From IMG/VR virus record IMGVR_UViG_3300044612_001963, positions 419 through 64,418 of that record: 64,000 nucleotides of DNA; one strand, 5' to 3'. How positions within the stretch are numbered: the stretch's first letter is position 1; every line of letters begins with the position of its first letter. Of the stretch, positions 9,190 to 18,552 are shown in pieces. The notes beneath the pieces were generated by a model, which worked only from the letters and a program-made list of their open reading frames with translations, ran no database searches and was not told the origin of the DNA. The DNA is from a virus. Taxonomy: Duplodnaviria > Caudoviricetes. A program made the translations under genes and the position numbers.

Positions 9190-9678
9190 CTACGCACGGC
9201 ACCCACTCACCTGCTCTGCTCCCACCTCATCCCACGGACTCGTGACAATTCGCCACCGGCGGCGCAACGTCAGCTGATACCCGTTCAGGAATGACTGCAT
9301 AGTCGCCTTCGGGATCTCATGCGCATCTGCCCAGCTCCAACGGCGGCTGATGGGGATCTTGATGACAGCTTGAGTTGTCATGTCCCGAATCCGCCATCCC
9401 GGTTCGGCACCTGCCAGCGGCTTGTCATCAGGGAAGCGTTTCACCCACCACAGCCAAGTGCCACCGTTCTTACCCATTACGGTCGTCCTGATCAGACCGT
9501 CCTCACGCAGTCGAGTGAGTGCATCGGTGAGCGTGCGGCGCTCAGTGCCAAGCTGCTCAGCCATTTCAATCTGAGTTGACCACCATCCAGGCGAAACCTG
9601 TTCAAGCTGCACGAAGGCAATCACCAGCTCGGCGCGATATTGCCGGCGGATTTGGGCGAGGTATGTGGGATCAATCAT
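9190..9678 (-). CDS. Winged-HTH DNA-binding protein
   Basis: TQIEMAEQLGTERRTLTDALTRLREDGLI; start at ATG 9678 coupled to the upstream ORF. Confidence 0.6.
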   Translation of the reverse strand: MIDPTYLAQIRRQYRAELVIAFVQLEQVSPGWWSTQIEMAEQLGTERRTLTDALTRLREDGLIRTTVMGKNGGTWLWWVKRFPDDKPLAGAEPGWRIRDMTTQAVIKIPISRRWSWADAHEIPKATMQSFLNGYQLTLRRRWRIVTSPWDEVGAEQVSGCRA

Positions 9679-9824
9679 GGCCGATACCAGTGCGACGTAC
9701 CCCAGAACGGGAAGAGTTCCGGCCACCACTCCCGGCCGGTATAGGGGATCGTGTTCACCCACCAGAACCGGCCGATGCAGCCGCCCTTGTCGGTGATCTG
9801 GAAGGTTGGGGCTCGAGTGGTCAC
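9675..9824 (-). CDS. Small Trp-rich hypothetical protein (49 aa)
   Basis: GTGA and ATGA overlaps link it between the helicase and the wHTH gene. Confidence 0.45.
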   Translation of the reverse strand: MTTRAPTFQITDKGGCIGRFWWVNTIPYTGREWWPELFPFWGTSHWYRP

Positions 9825-11224
9825 GCCACCGCCCTCCAGTTGCCCTTCGCCTGCCTGGCCGCCATCACGTGCCGGGCCCAGCCACGGGGGTTTTTCATGC
9901 CCCGGCGTTTGCCGATCGCGATTAGGTCTTCGACGGTCTGGGCTTGGGCTTGTTCGCGCTTGGCTTCCCGCCGCTGGATCTCAACCAGCTCACCGTCCAC
10001 GGTCGTGATCTCTCGCCGCTCAGGCGTGAACTGGTGGCCGCAGTCGGGGCACACAGCCTTTGCCGAGGGCATGCAGCTGAAACACTGGGGGCAGACCTTT
10101 ACCGATGGCGACTTTTCGCCACCTTGGCGGCCAACCTTGCCTTCTAGGCTCCACTCACGATCATCGGTCGGGAGGCCGTGCCGGTGGCTGTTGCCAACGT
10201 GATCCAACACCACGGCATACGGCTTGCCGTCGCACTTCCGCAACCCACGGCCTACCTGCTGGAGATATAGCGACAGGCTGTCTGTGGGCCTGAATAGCTG
10301 CACGCCTGCGACACTGGGAATATCAGTGCCTTCGCTCACGATTTCACAGCTAAACAGCGCCTTGAGCACTCCATCACCCAGGTCGCTGATCATCTGCCGG
10401 CGCAGGGTTGGATCGGTCTTGCCATCCAAAGCCGCTGCAGGGATTCCGGCCTCTCGATACAGCTCAGCCATCGCTGTGGCATGCGGGACGCTGACGCAAA
10501 ATCCCAGCACCGTGCCGTTGTGGATAGGCGCAATCTCCCGTTGATAATGACCAACAGGATCGCCCATCGCTTCGCGAGTGCCGAGGATTTGGGAGGCCTT
10601 CGCTTTGCCGGTCGGCGTGTCAAAGTTCTTGATACCAGACAGGTCGATCCCTGGTGGTGCCAGCACTTTTGCCCTGGCAAGGAACCCTTCATCGGTCAGC
10701 CACTGAGCGGTAGGACCTAGCACCAGATGCCGGAAGTATCCGCCGTAACCCTCACCCAGGCCTTCACCTGACAGCCGCTGTGGTGTTGCCGTGAGCCCCA
10801 CCAGATAGGCCTTGGGCCATGCGGCGATGACTTTGCCCCACTTGTTCCCTTCGATCAGATGGTGCGCCTCGTCCTGAATGATCAGCGTTGGCGCCGGCAC
10901 CTTGTGCAGCCGCCTGGCCAAGGTGTCCACGCTGCACACTTGGACCGGCTGGCTCAGGTCCATGCTTCGATTCATGGCGATCAGACCATGGCGTACGCCA
11001 TGACTGCTCATCCGGCCCGAGAGATCCTCAATCAGCTCCTTTCGATGCGCTAGCACATACACCCTGTGGCCGCGCTCGGCAGCAGTGGCCGCCATGTGCG
11101 CAGCCACCGTGCCCTTGCCTGAGCCGGTCGCCATCGTGCCCACCACGCGGCGGTGGATACGCAGGGCGGTGGAGATGTCGGCGGTGAAGGTTTGCTGGTA
11201 GGGGCGGAGGGTGGGGGTGGTCAT
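9821..11224 (-). CDS. SF2 DExH helicase (RadD/YejH-like) with C-terminal Zn finger
   Basis: LRPYQ, TGSGKG, DEAHH, LTATP, EGTDIP, QQVGRGLR, CPQC..CPDC. Confidence 0.92.
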   Translation of the reverse strand: MTTPTLRPYQQTFTADISTALRIHRRVVGTMATGSGKGTVAAHMAATAAERGHRVYVLAHRKELIEDLSGRMSSHGVRHGLIAMNRSMDLSQPVQVCSVDTLARRLHKVPAPTLIIQDEAHHLIEGNKWGKVIAAWPKAYLVGLTATPQRLSGEGLGEGYGGYFRHLVLGPTAQWLTDEGFLARAKVLAPPGIDLSGIKNFDTPTGKAKASQILGTREAMGDPVGHYQREIAPIHNGTVLGFCVSVPHATAMAELYREAGIPAAALDGKTDPTLRRQMISDLGDGVLKALFSCEIVSEGTDIPSVAGVQLFRPTDSLSLYLQQVGRGLRKCDGKPYAVVLDHVGNSHRHGLPTDDREWSLEGKVGRQGGEKSPSVKVCPQCFSCMPSAKAVCPDCGHQFTPERREITTVDGELVEIQRREAKREQAQAQTVEDLIAIGKRRGMKNPRGWARHVMAARQAKGNWRAVA

Positions 11225-11251
11225 GGCTGTGGTGCGTGTGTGGTGAATAAC

Positions 11252-11412
11252 AGCCACCGCCCACCCCGCTTGCTGCCGCCCGGATGGTCATCAACCTGGA
11301 ACCAGCGGCAGTCCTCGATGGGACCCGTACAGATGAGAGGCCGATTGAGACCCACCGCCTGGTCCGGGCAGTGGTCGGCATCGTCAGGGAGCGGGGCTTC
11401 GGTGCGGTGGCT
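11252..11412 (-). ncRNA. Candidate structured leader or ncRNA upstream of the helicase
   Basis: Nested complementary blocks 11252-60/11404-12, 11264-70/11390-96, 11276-84/11363-71, 11302-11/11352-62; begins at the predicted TSS. Confidence 0.55.
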
Positions 11413-11417
11413 CTCAC

Positions 11418-11455
11418 ATCCTAGCGTTGCGGTTGCGCAACTGCAACCCTATAAT
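11418..11455. promoter_or_regulatory. Bidirectional sigma70 promoter on a palindromic operator
   Basis: GTTGCGGTTGCGCAACTGCAAC (11426-11447); plus TTGCGG-17-TATAAT; minus TTGCAG-17-TAGGAT. Confidence 0.8.
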
Positions 11456-11483
11456 GCGGATCAACACCACCCACGCTGCACCC

Positions 11484-11819
11484 ATGCCCACCTGGCCCCC
11501 AGTCGCCGGTAAGCGATCCATCTTCCTGGAGCTCCCACCTGAGCACCTCGCGCACCTCGACGCTCAGGCCCACTACGAAGGCTGCTCTCGTGCCGCGTAC
11601 TTGCGCCGCTTGGTGATCACCGACCGCGACCGCGACACAACCCACGTCGCCCTCACCCCAGTCCCGCCAGGCGACAGCCCCCGCGCTGCCACCTTCGAGA
11701 TGCTTGACACCCTCGTTGATCACCTCGACCTCCAAGCCTCCCGCCACGACTGCAGCCGGGCCGCATTCATCCGCCACCTGATCGCCCGCGACATCCGCCG
11801 CAACGGGCCCGCACGCTGA
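11484..11819 (+). CDS. Tandem ribbon-helix-helix (CopG-like) regulator
   Basis: Two repeats: HLDAQAHYEGCSRAAYLRRLV and HLDLQASRHDCSRAAFIRHLI. Confidence 0.75.
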   Translation: MPTWPPVAGKRSIFLELPPEHLAHLDAQAHYEGCSRAAYLRRLVITDRDRDTTHVALTPVPPGDSPRAATFEMLDTLVDHLDLQASRHDCSRAAFIRHLIARDIRRNGPAR

Positions 11820-11822
11820 CCC

Positions 11823-14429
11823 ATGCCCCTCGATGCCGCAGACGGCCAGTGGCCACGTCTGCTGATGGAACTTGGCGGCCTATCGCCTGATCAGCTCGAA
11901 GATCGCCACCAGCCCTGCCCAAACTGCGAAGGCACCGACCGCTACCGCTGGGATCGTGACGACGGGCCCGGTGGCTGGTACTGCTCACAGTGCGGCGGGA
12001 AATCTGGAACAGGCGGCGCCGGTTCCGGCCTCGACCTCCTCATGCGCGTTACCGGCTGGGACTTCAAACAGGCCACCGCTCGCGTCGAGCAACACCTGGG
12101 CCTGCCCGCAGCCAAACCACGCAAGCCGAAACGCCCCGCACGCACACCCGACACCCCGCCACCGGACGCCGCACCCCCAGCACTCGGCCGCGCTGTCGCC
12201 CAGTGGTGTTACCGCAACGCAGCCGGTCAGCAGCTGTTCTGGATTCAGCGGATCGATCAGCCCGACAACAAAAAACTCTTCATCCATCGCACATGGCTGG
12301 ACGGCGCCTGGCACTTCCCCTCACGCCGCGACCCGTTCACATCCGAGTGGCCAGCACCCCGCCCGCTCTACCGCCTACCCGATCTCACCGATCGCCCTAA
12401 CGCGACGGTGATCGTCTGCGAAGGCGAGAAAGCCGCTGACGCTGCCGCCGAACTCTTCCCCGACCACGCCTGCATCGCCTGGTGTGGCGGCACCGGTGGC
12501 GTCAATGCCGCCGACTGGTCACCGCTCGCTGGCCGTTCCGTTGTGCTGTGGCCCGATGCAGACGATGCCGGCCGGCAGTGCATGGCCAAGCTCGGACCAC
12601 GGCTCCTGCAGATCGGTGCCACCGTCGTTGTCTATAACCCGCCTACCGGCGCACCCGCAAAGTGGGATCTCGCCAACGCACTCGCCGAAGGCTGGAAACC
12701 AGGCCAAGCGGCCAAACTCCTCGCTGCCAACACCGTTGAACTGCCGCCACTTCCGGAGCCGAAACCAGAACCGAAACCGCCAGCGCCGCCGCCGACAGCT
12801 CAGGTGGCCGAAATCCCCAAGGGCCAGCCGTTCGTTTGCCTGGGGTTTGATGACGCCAGCTACTTCTATCAACCCAGCTCTACCGGTCAGGTGGTCCGCA
12901 TTGGACGGGGCAGTCACACCGGCATCAACCTGCTCCAGCTCTGCCCATCCATGGCCTACTGGGAAACCCTCTACCCCGGCACAAAAGGCCCCAACTGGAA
13001 CGCTGCCGCTGCATCGCTGTTCGCCCAGCAGGCTGCTGTCGGTATCTACTCCCCTGACCGGATCCGGGGCCGTGGCGCTTGGTGGGATGACGGACGATCC
13101 GTGCTGCACCTTGGCGACCGGCTCCTGGTGAACGGCGAGGCCTACCCCGTCACTAATCCGCCGCCGTCGCGGTTCAAGTACCAGCGGCTTGTTGCGATTG
13201 ACCTTCAAACCGGCCTAGAGCCGCTCACCGACGAGCTCGGCATGGAGATCATCGACATCGCCAGCCGTTTCCATTGGGAGGTGCCTGCATCGGGCCTGCT
13301 GCTGGCCGGCTGGGCCGCTCTTGCCCCAATCTGCGGTTCCCTGTCCTGGCGGCCACACGTCTGGCTGACCGCTTCGGCTGGCTCCGGTAAATCGGCCATC
13401 CTCAACCGATTCCTTGGCACCCTGCTGCAGGACATCGCCCTATGGCCCGAGGGCAGCACAACCGAGGCGAGCATCCGTCAGGAGCTTCGCGCCGACGCCC
13501 TCCCCGTTGTCATGGATGAAGCCGAATCCAACGAACAGGCGGACCGCAAACGAATCCAAGACGTACTAGCGCTCGCCCGTGTGGCCAGCAGCTCAGGCCG
13601 TGGCTTCATCGGCCGTGGTGGTGCCGAGGGCGCAGCGCAGCGGTTCGTTATCCGCTCCATGTTCCTACTCTGCTCCATTTCCACCGCGCTTAAACAGGGC
13701 GCCGATGCATCACGATTCGCTCAGCTCACACTGCGCAATCCATCCTTCCTACCCAAAGAAGAACGCGCCGCGCACTGGTCACAGCTTGACCGCGATCTCA
13801 CCGCAATCATCACGCCTGAGGTTGGCCACCGGATGATGCTGCGCTCTGTTTCCCTTATACCTGTCATCCGCGATTCCGTCGCCGTCTTCCGCCGTGCTGC
13901 TGCAGATCACTTCGACTCCCAGCGGCAGGGTGATCAGTTCGGCACCCTGCTGGCTGGTGCCTGGTCACTGACCAATCAGCACGTCGCCAGCGAGGCTGAG
14001 GCCTTCGCGCTCATCAATCGCGAGAACTGGCAGCAGTACCGCGACGACGCCGAGCAGCCGGATGAGGAGCGCTGCCTGCAGCACGTGCTGCAGCACCAGC
14101 TGCGCGTTGAAGGCGACCGGGGCAACGGCTACATGCGCACCGTCTGGGAGCTGATTGAGCTGGCGCGTGGCAGCGTCGCATCAATGGAGATCGGCCCCGG
14201 CAGCGCCGAAGCGCACCTCGGCCGCGTGGGCATCCGCGTGGAGGGTGACCGATTGCTCATCAGCAACACCGCTAAGGCGTTACGCCGCATCCTTTCAGAG
14301 ACCCCATGGGCTGACAGCTGGGGCACCGTGCTCAGCCGGCTACCCGGTGCGCAACGTGCAGGCGTGACCCGCTTCCGTGGGCTTGCAGGCGTCAGCAGAG
14401 CCGTTTCGGTGCCCGTTCCAGCCGCCTGA
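11823..14429 (+). CDS. Primase-helicase (P4 alpha-type Zn ribbon + TOPRIM + helicase)
   Basis: HQPCPNCEGTDRYR..WYCSQCG, VCEGEKAADA, WPDADDAG, ASAGSGKS Walker A, VMDEAE. Confidence 0.9.
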   Translation: MPLDAADGQWPRLLMELGGLSPDQLEDRHQPCPNCEGTDRYRWDRDDGPGGWYCSQCGGKSGTGGAGSGLDLLMRVTGWDFKQATARVEQHLGLPAAKPRKPKRPARTPDTPPPDAAPPALGRAVAQWCYRNAAGQQLFWIQRIDQPDNKKLFIHRTWLDGAWHFPSRRDPFTSEWPAPRPLYRLPDLTDRPNATVIVCEGEKAADAAAELFPDHACIAWCGGTGGVNAADWSPLAGRSVVLWPDADDAGRQCMAKLGPRLLQIGATVVVYNPPTGAPAKWDLANALAEGWKPGQAAKLLAANTVELPPLPEPKPEPKPPAPPPTAQVAEIPKGQPFVCLGFDDASYFYQPSSTGQVVRIGRGSHTGINLLQLCPSMAYWETLYPGTKGPNWNAAAASLFAQQAAVGIYSPDRIRGRGAWWDDGRSVLHLGDRLLVNGEAYPVTNPPPSRFKYQRLVAIDLQTGLEPLTDELGMEIIDIASRFHWEVPASGLLLAGWAALAPICGSLSWRPHVWLTASAGSGKSAILNRFLGTLLQDIALWPEGSTTEASIRQELRADALPVVMDEAESNEQADRKRIQDVLALARVASSSGRGFIGRGGAEGAAQRFVIRSMFLLCSISTALKQGADASRFAQLTLRNPSFLPKEERAAHWSQLDRDLTAIITPEVGHRMMLRSVSLIPVIRDSVAVFRRAAADHFDSQRQGDQFGTLLAGAWSLTNQHVASEAEAFALINRENWQQYRDDAEQPDEERCLQHVLQHQLRVEGDRGNGYMRTVWELIELARGSVASMEIGPGSAEAHLGRVGIRVEGDRLLISNTAKALRRILSETPWADSWGTVLSRLPGAQRAGVTRFRGLAGVSRAVSVPVPAA

Positions 14430-14430
14430 C

Positions 14431-14695
14431 CGTAACGGTAACGCTTCGCGTAACGGCTCAGATCCCAGTCAGGGACTGGATCGTAACGATGTTACGGTCT
14501 GGCGCGAGAACACACCCCTATACGTGCGTGCGTGCGCGTGTGCGCATGCGCATGCTGTTGCGCAATACCGGCCCCCTTTCTTCTTCTATATCTTCCTTTT
14601 TAGGTGTAACTAACGTAACTAAGAGAGCCCAGCCTTGTCGTGCCAGTCGATTTCGCGTTACGCCGACCGTAACAGCACCGTAACGCAGCGTAACC
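14431..14695. other. Putative replication origin with GTAAC iterons
   Basis: 11 GTAAC/GTTAC copies around a 37-bp alternating purine-pyrimidine tract and a pyrimidine/AT-rich tract, directly after the primase-helicase. Confidence 0.7.
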
Positions 14696-14743
14696 GCTCA
14701 GTTGTTTCGCGTTTCCTGCTACTGTTGCGTTTTACCAACCACC

Positions 14744-15049
14744 ATGTTTCAAATCTTGCCCCCCGGCCAAGTGCCTCAAGCCATTGCCAAGCAGGCAAAG
14801 CCCGAGTACCAGATCCCCGCCCTGCCCTTTGACTCCATCCCTCCTGGTGGGGCGATCAAAATCCCTTTTGATCGGTTCCCCGACTCAATCCCCGCACTGA
14901 AGCGCATTCATGGCGCACTTCGCGTCAGGGCATGCAGAGCATCCACACGCTTTGGCGTCCGCTTTTCTGTGCATCGAACCTCCGACGGCTTCTACATCAC
15001 CCGCCCTGACTACCCCGGCAAACTGCAGCAACAGCCACAGTCCTGGTGA
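14744..15049 (+). CDS. Hypothetical small basic protein
   Basis: ACCAACCACC-ATG leader; GTGA overlap with the next gene. Confidence 0.55.
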   Translation: MFQILPPGQVPQAIAKQAKPEYQIPALPFDSIPPGGAIKIPFDRFPDSIPALKRIHGALRVRACRASTRFGVRFSVHRTSDGFYITRPDYPGKLQQQPQSW

Positions 15050-15915
15050 CGCTCAGCAAGCTCCAGCTGATCCGCCACAGCCCTGAGCTGTTGGAAATTC
15101 GCATCCCCTACAGCCGCGCTGATCCCCACGAGTTCCTACTCGCATCAGATATTCACCTCGACAACCCGCATTGCGACCGCGAGCTGCTGCGCAAGCACCT
15201 CAAGCACGTTCAAGGTCGCGGTGGCCATGCTCTCTTCTTTGGTGACATCCTCTGCCTGATGCAAGGCAAGAAAGATCGCCGTGGTTCCAAATCCTCAATA
15301 CGCCCTGAACACCTCGGCGCAAACTACTTCGACCTAGTGTTCAGCGAATGCGCAGAATGGCTTAAACCATTCGCGCAAACCATCCTGATGATGAGCGATG
15401 GCAACCACGAAACCGCCATCATCAACCACAACGAAATCGACCCGCTCGGTAACATGACGCGCCTCATGCGCGATCGTTACCGCTCACCGGTCGAGCACAT
15501 GCGCTACCAGGGCTGGCTCTGGTTCACCTTCTACCGGCCTGGCAAGACCCGTGGTGAACGCATCCGCCGCGTTGCCCTCTTCTTCCACCACGGTGCATGG
15601 GGCGGCATCATCACCAAAGGCACCATGGGCGGCGGCCGCTACGCATCCATCGCACCCGATGCTGACCTGGTGGTCAACGGCCACAACCACGAACGCACCA
15701 TCGTTGCCCACCCCTGCTATCGCCTCACCGCTGCTGGCCGTCAACGCATCGCCCAGCGCTGGCACGTCCAGACCGGCACCTACAAGGAAGAGTTTGCGGA
15801 CGGCGCCGGCTGGGCAGTCGAGCGCATCGTGATGCCCAAATCCCTCGGTGGTGTGTTCCTCCGTCTCAAGCCCACCCACGAAGGCGTAGACGTCGCCCTG
15901 GAGCCCGCCACCTGA
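15046..15915 (+). CDS. Calcineurin-like metallophosphoesterase
   Basis: SDIH, FGD, GNHE, HHG, GHNH motifs. Confidence 0.88.
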   Translation: MTLSKLQLIRHSPELLEIRIPYSRADPHEFLLASDIHLDNPHCDRELLRKHLKHVQGRGGHALFFGDILCLMQGKKDRRGSKSSIRPEHLGANYFDLVFSECAEWLKPFAQTILMMSDGNHETAIINHNEIDPLGNMTRLMRDRYRSPVEHMRYQGWLWFTFYRPGKTRGERIRRVALFFHHGAWGGIITKGTMGGGRYASIAPDADLVVNGHNHERTIVAHPCYRLTAAGRQRIAQRWHVQTGTYKEEFADGAGWAVERIVMPKSLGGVFLRLKPTHEGVDVALEPAT

Positions 15916-15950
15916 TGCGGTTGCCCAACAGCAACGCAACCCGCTAAGCT
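15914..15950 (+). promoter_or_regulatory. Operator copy and possible promoter upstream of terS
   Basis: GATGCGGTTGCCCAACAGCAAC; TTGCCC-18-TAAGCT. Confidence 0.55.
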
Positions 15951-15974
15951 GTAGCCGATCACCGCACCGCCACC

Positions 15975-16433
15975 GTGCCAGCTGGCAGGCCTACTTCCCT
16001 CACCCCCGCCATGATCCAAGTGGCTGCGGAAGTCGCTGCTAAGTGCCCCTCCTATCGCGCCATTGCCCGCTCCATCGGCGTTCACCATTGCACTATCCGT
16101 GATTGGCTCGACAAGGGTGAAGATCCTGGCTCCCCAGAGTTGTTCCGCAGATTTTCCGAATCCATCCATGAAGCGCTGCTAACGGCTGAAAAAAACCTCA
16201 CCGAAAAGATCACTTCCGGTGAGCCTAAAGACGCTGCATGGATGCTTACTCATTCGCCATTCTTCCGCGAGGAATGGTCAGATGCTGCAGCGGAGCGCCG
16301 CGCTGAGCGCCGCACCATGTCCACTGTGGTGGATGCCATCGCCGCAGCAGGGCTCCCCGCCGAGCAAGAACGCACCGTCCTGTTGCAGCTTCAGGCACGC
16401 GGGCTAAGCGGCAGGACCGATGCCAACCCTTGA
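15975..16433 (+). CDS. terS: Terminase small subunit
   Basis: GRPTSLT and N-terminal HTH, AAWML motif; overlaps terL. Confidence 0.78.
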   Translation: MPAGRPTSLTPAMIQVAAEVAAKCPSYRAIARSIGVHHCTIRDWLDKGEDPGSPELFRRFSESIHEALLTAEKNLTEKITSGEPKDAAWMLTHSPFFREEWSDAAAERRAERRTMSTVVDAIAAAGLPAEQERTVLLQLQARGLSGRTDANP

Positions 16434-18006
16434 CGTAGCAGCCCGCATGGCCCAGCTGGATCTGGACCAGCGAGCCACCTCCGTCACTCCACCCTCTGCC
16501 CCCTACACCCGCTCCTTCGGCGACTACATCGCCGCTGTCTTCCCCAGCTTTGCCTTCACCCGTCACACCAACCGCCTGATCGCCATCGCGCAGCGTGTTG
16601 CTGATGGTGAACTACCACGGCTGATGGTTGAACTGCCGCCACGGCACTTCAAGTCCACCATCTTCAGCCGGTTCCTGCCTGGTTACTTCCTCCGCCGCTA
16701 TCCCGATCGCACCTGGGGCCAGGGCGCCAACACCCAAACCCTCGCCGCTGAGTTCGGCGAAGCTGCCCGCGATTACTACCTCGCCTCTGGTGGCACGCTG
16801 CACCCCTCCAGCACCGGCAAGGATCGATGGAAGACTGCCGGCGGCCTCGGTGGGTTCTGGGCCGCAGGCGTCGGCAAAGGAACCGGCCTGCCAGCTGATT
16901 TCCTAAACGTGGACGACCCAATTAAAGGCCGCGAGGAAGCCGAATCCGCTGCCTACCGCCGCCAGCTCTACAACTGGTGGTCAACCGTTCTGAACACCCG
17001 CGAAGAACCGGGTGGCATCAAGCTCATCACCCACACCCGCTGGGCAGAGGCCGACCTGATCGGCTGGCTGCTGCAGCAGGTGGAGCAGCTGGAACGTGAC
17101 GGCGACGGCGACGCGGCTGAGCCCTGGCACGTCATCAGCCTGCCGATGATCGCTGAGCCGGTGATCAAACCCCTGCCGACCCTGGTCACCCGCGAGCCAG
17201 ACGACCGCGAGCCTGGCCAGGCACTGGACCCGTCGAGATACGACGAGGAATGGGCCCGCCGTAAACGGCTCAACACCCCTATCCGCGACTGGGAGGCGCT
17301 GTATCAGCAGCGGCCAACACCCGGCAAGGGAACCATCTTCAGTGCGGAGATGTTCCGCTACTACGGCACCGCCGAGCGCCCCGGCCAGCCGGATGATGCC
17401 ACCCTCCCTGGTCGATTCGTGCGGCGCCTGGCATCGATCGACTGCACGTTCAAAGACTCAGCCGGCACGGACATGGTGGCCTTCACCCTCTGGGGCCAGG
17501 ACAGCGCCGGCCTGTGGCTGCTGGACATGATCAACCAACGCCTCGATTTCGCCGGCACGATGGACACCATTGCCGCGCTGTGGCCCACCTGGGGGTTCGG
17601 TGAGCTGCTGGTGGAAGACAAGGCCAACGGCCCGGCTGTGATCAGCACCCTGAAACGTGCCGCTGCAGGGTTCAGCGTGATCGCTGTGAACCCCATTGGC
17701 GGGAAGATCGCCCGCGCCAATGCTGCTACGCCTGAGTTCAACCAGGGCCGCGTCTGGCTGCCGCGTAACCACCCGTTGCTGTCGGTGTTGGTGTCGCAGT
17801 TGGTCAGGTTCCCTGGCGATACGTTCGATGACCTCGTGGACTCCACCACGCAGGCAGTAAACTACGTGCAGGGCACCGGCCCGATGCGCGTTTCAACAGT
17901 CCACTACGGCCACGGGTCTGGTGCACCGCCACCAGATCCGTTCGCTGATGCCGACACCTTCAAACCCAGGCAGCGCCGGCTCTCCACGACGCCGGGTTTC
18001 AGGTGA
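16420..18006 (+). CDS. terL: Terminase large subunit
   Basis: LPPRHFKST, VDDPIK, THTRW, ALYQQRP, SIDCTFK, VEDKANG, FDDLVDS. Confidence 0.95.
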   Translation: MPTLDVAARMAQLDLDQRATSVTPPSAPYTRSFGDYIAAVFPSFAFTRHTNRLIAIAQRVADGELPRLMVELPPRHFKSTIFSRFLPGYFLRRYPDRTWGQGANTQTLAAEFGEAARDYYLASGGTLHPSSTGKDRWKTAGGLGGFWAAGVGKGTGLPADFLNVDDPIKGREEAESAAYRRQLYNWWSTVLNTREEPGGIKLITHTRWAEADLIGWLLQQVEQLERDGDGDAAEPWHVISLPMIAEPVIKPLPTLVTREPDDREPGQALDPSRYDEEWARRKRLNTPIRDWEALYQQRPTPGKGTIFSAEMFRYYGTAERPGQPDDATLPGRFVRRLASIDCTFKDSAGTDMVAFTLWGQDSAGLWLLDMINQRLDFAGTMDTIAALWPTWGFGELLVEDKANGPAVISTLKRAAAGFSVIAVNPIGGKIARANAATPEFNQGRVWLPRNHPLLSVLVSQLVRFPGDTFDDLVDSTTQAVNYVQGTGPMRVSTVHYGHGSGAPPPDPFADADTFKPRQRRLSTTPGFR

Positions 18007-18028
18007 TCACTTACCCACCGCATGCGCC

Positions 18029-18208
18029 ATGACCACCACCATCCCCGAAGCCAAAGCGGCCAAGGCCGCGCTTGAGCAGATCATTGCTAATGCCCTGCGG
18101 CAGTTCTCGGCTGACACCGGCGCCACGGTCACCAACGTGTTTATTGATCCTGTGATCGTGCTGGGCGCTCCCGCCAGCTACCGCGTCGAGGTGGAGGCGA
18201 GGTTGTGA
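18029..18208 (+). CDS. Hypothetical protein
   Basis: Small ORF coupled to the next gene. Confidence 0.5.
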   Translation: MTTTIPEAKAAKAALEQIIANALRQFSADTGATVTNVFIDPVIVLGAPASYRVEVEARL

Positions 18209-18552
18209 TGATCACCGCCGCCGAGGTCCTCGAGCGCCACCCGCAAGGCTGCTGGGTGTTCGATGCCACCGGCCGCCGGCTGAAGCATGTCTTCGCCTGC
18301 AACCCTGACACCGGCGAGGTGATCATGGTGGACTGGCGGCCGACGCTCTGGCAGCGGCTCACCACCACGCTGCGCAGCAGACGCCATCAGCGCTGGCGGT
18401 GGCTGGCGTTCAGGTCACACGTCCCCACCCGCCACGGGTTCTGGCCCGCGCCGCTGCACATCGTGCCGAAGCCTGTCTGGCCTGGTGGTCCCATGCCCGA
18501 TGGTCAGGCCTGCATCGTTGGCAACGGTGAGCGCGAGGCCTTCCACCCATGA
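18205..18552 (+). CDS. Hypothetical protein
   Basis: Overlap-coupled to the sigma factor gene. Confidence 0.55.
   Translation: MMITAAEVLERHPQGCWVFDATGRRLKHVFACNPDTGEVIMVDWRPTLWQRLTTTLRSRRHQRWRWLAFRSHVPTRHGFWPAPLHIVPKPVWPGGPMPDGQACIVGNGEREAFHP

Noticed and set aside
11370-11402. Hammerhead ribozyme suggested by minus-strand CTGACGA and GAAG
   Set aside because: No GAAA, and spacing leaves no room for stems I and III
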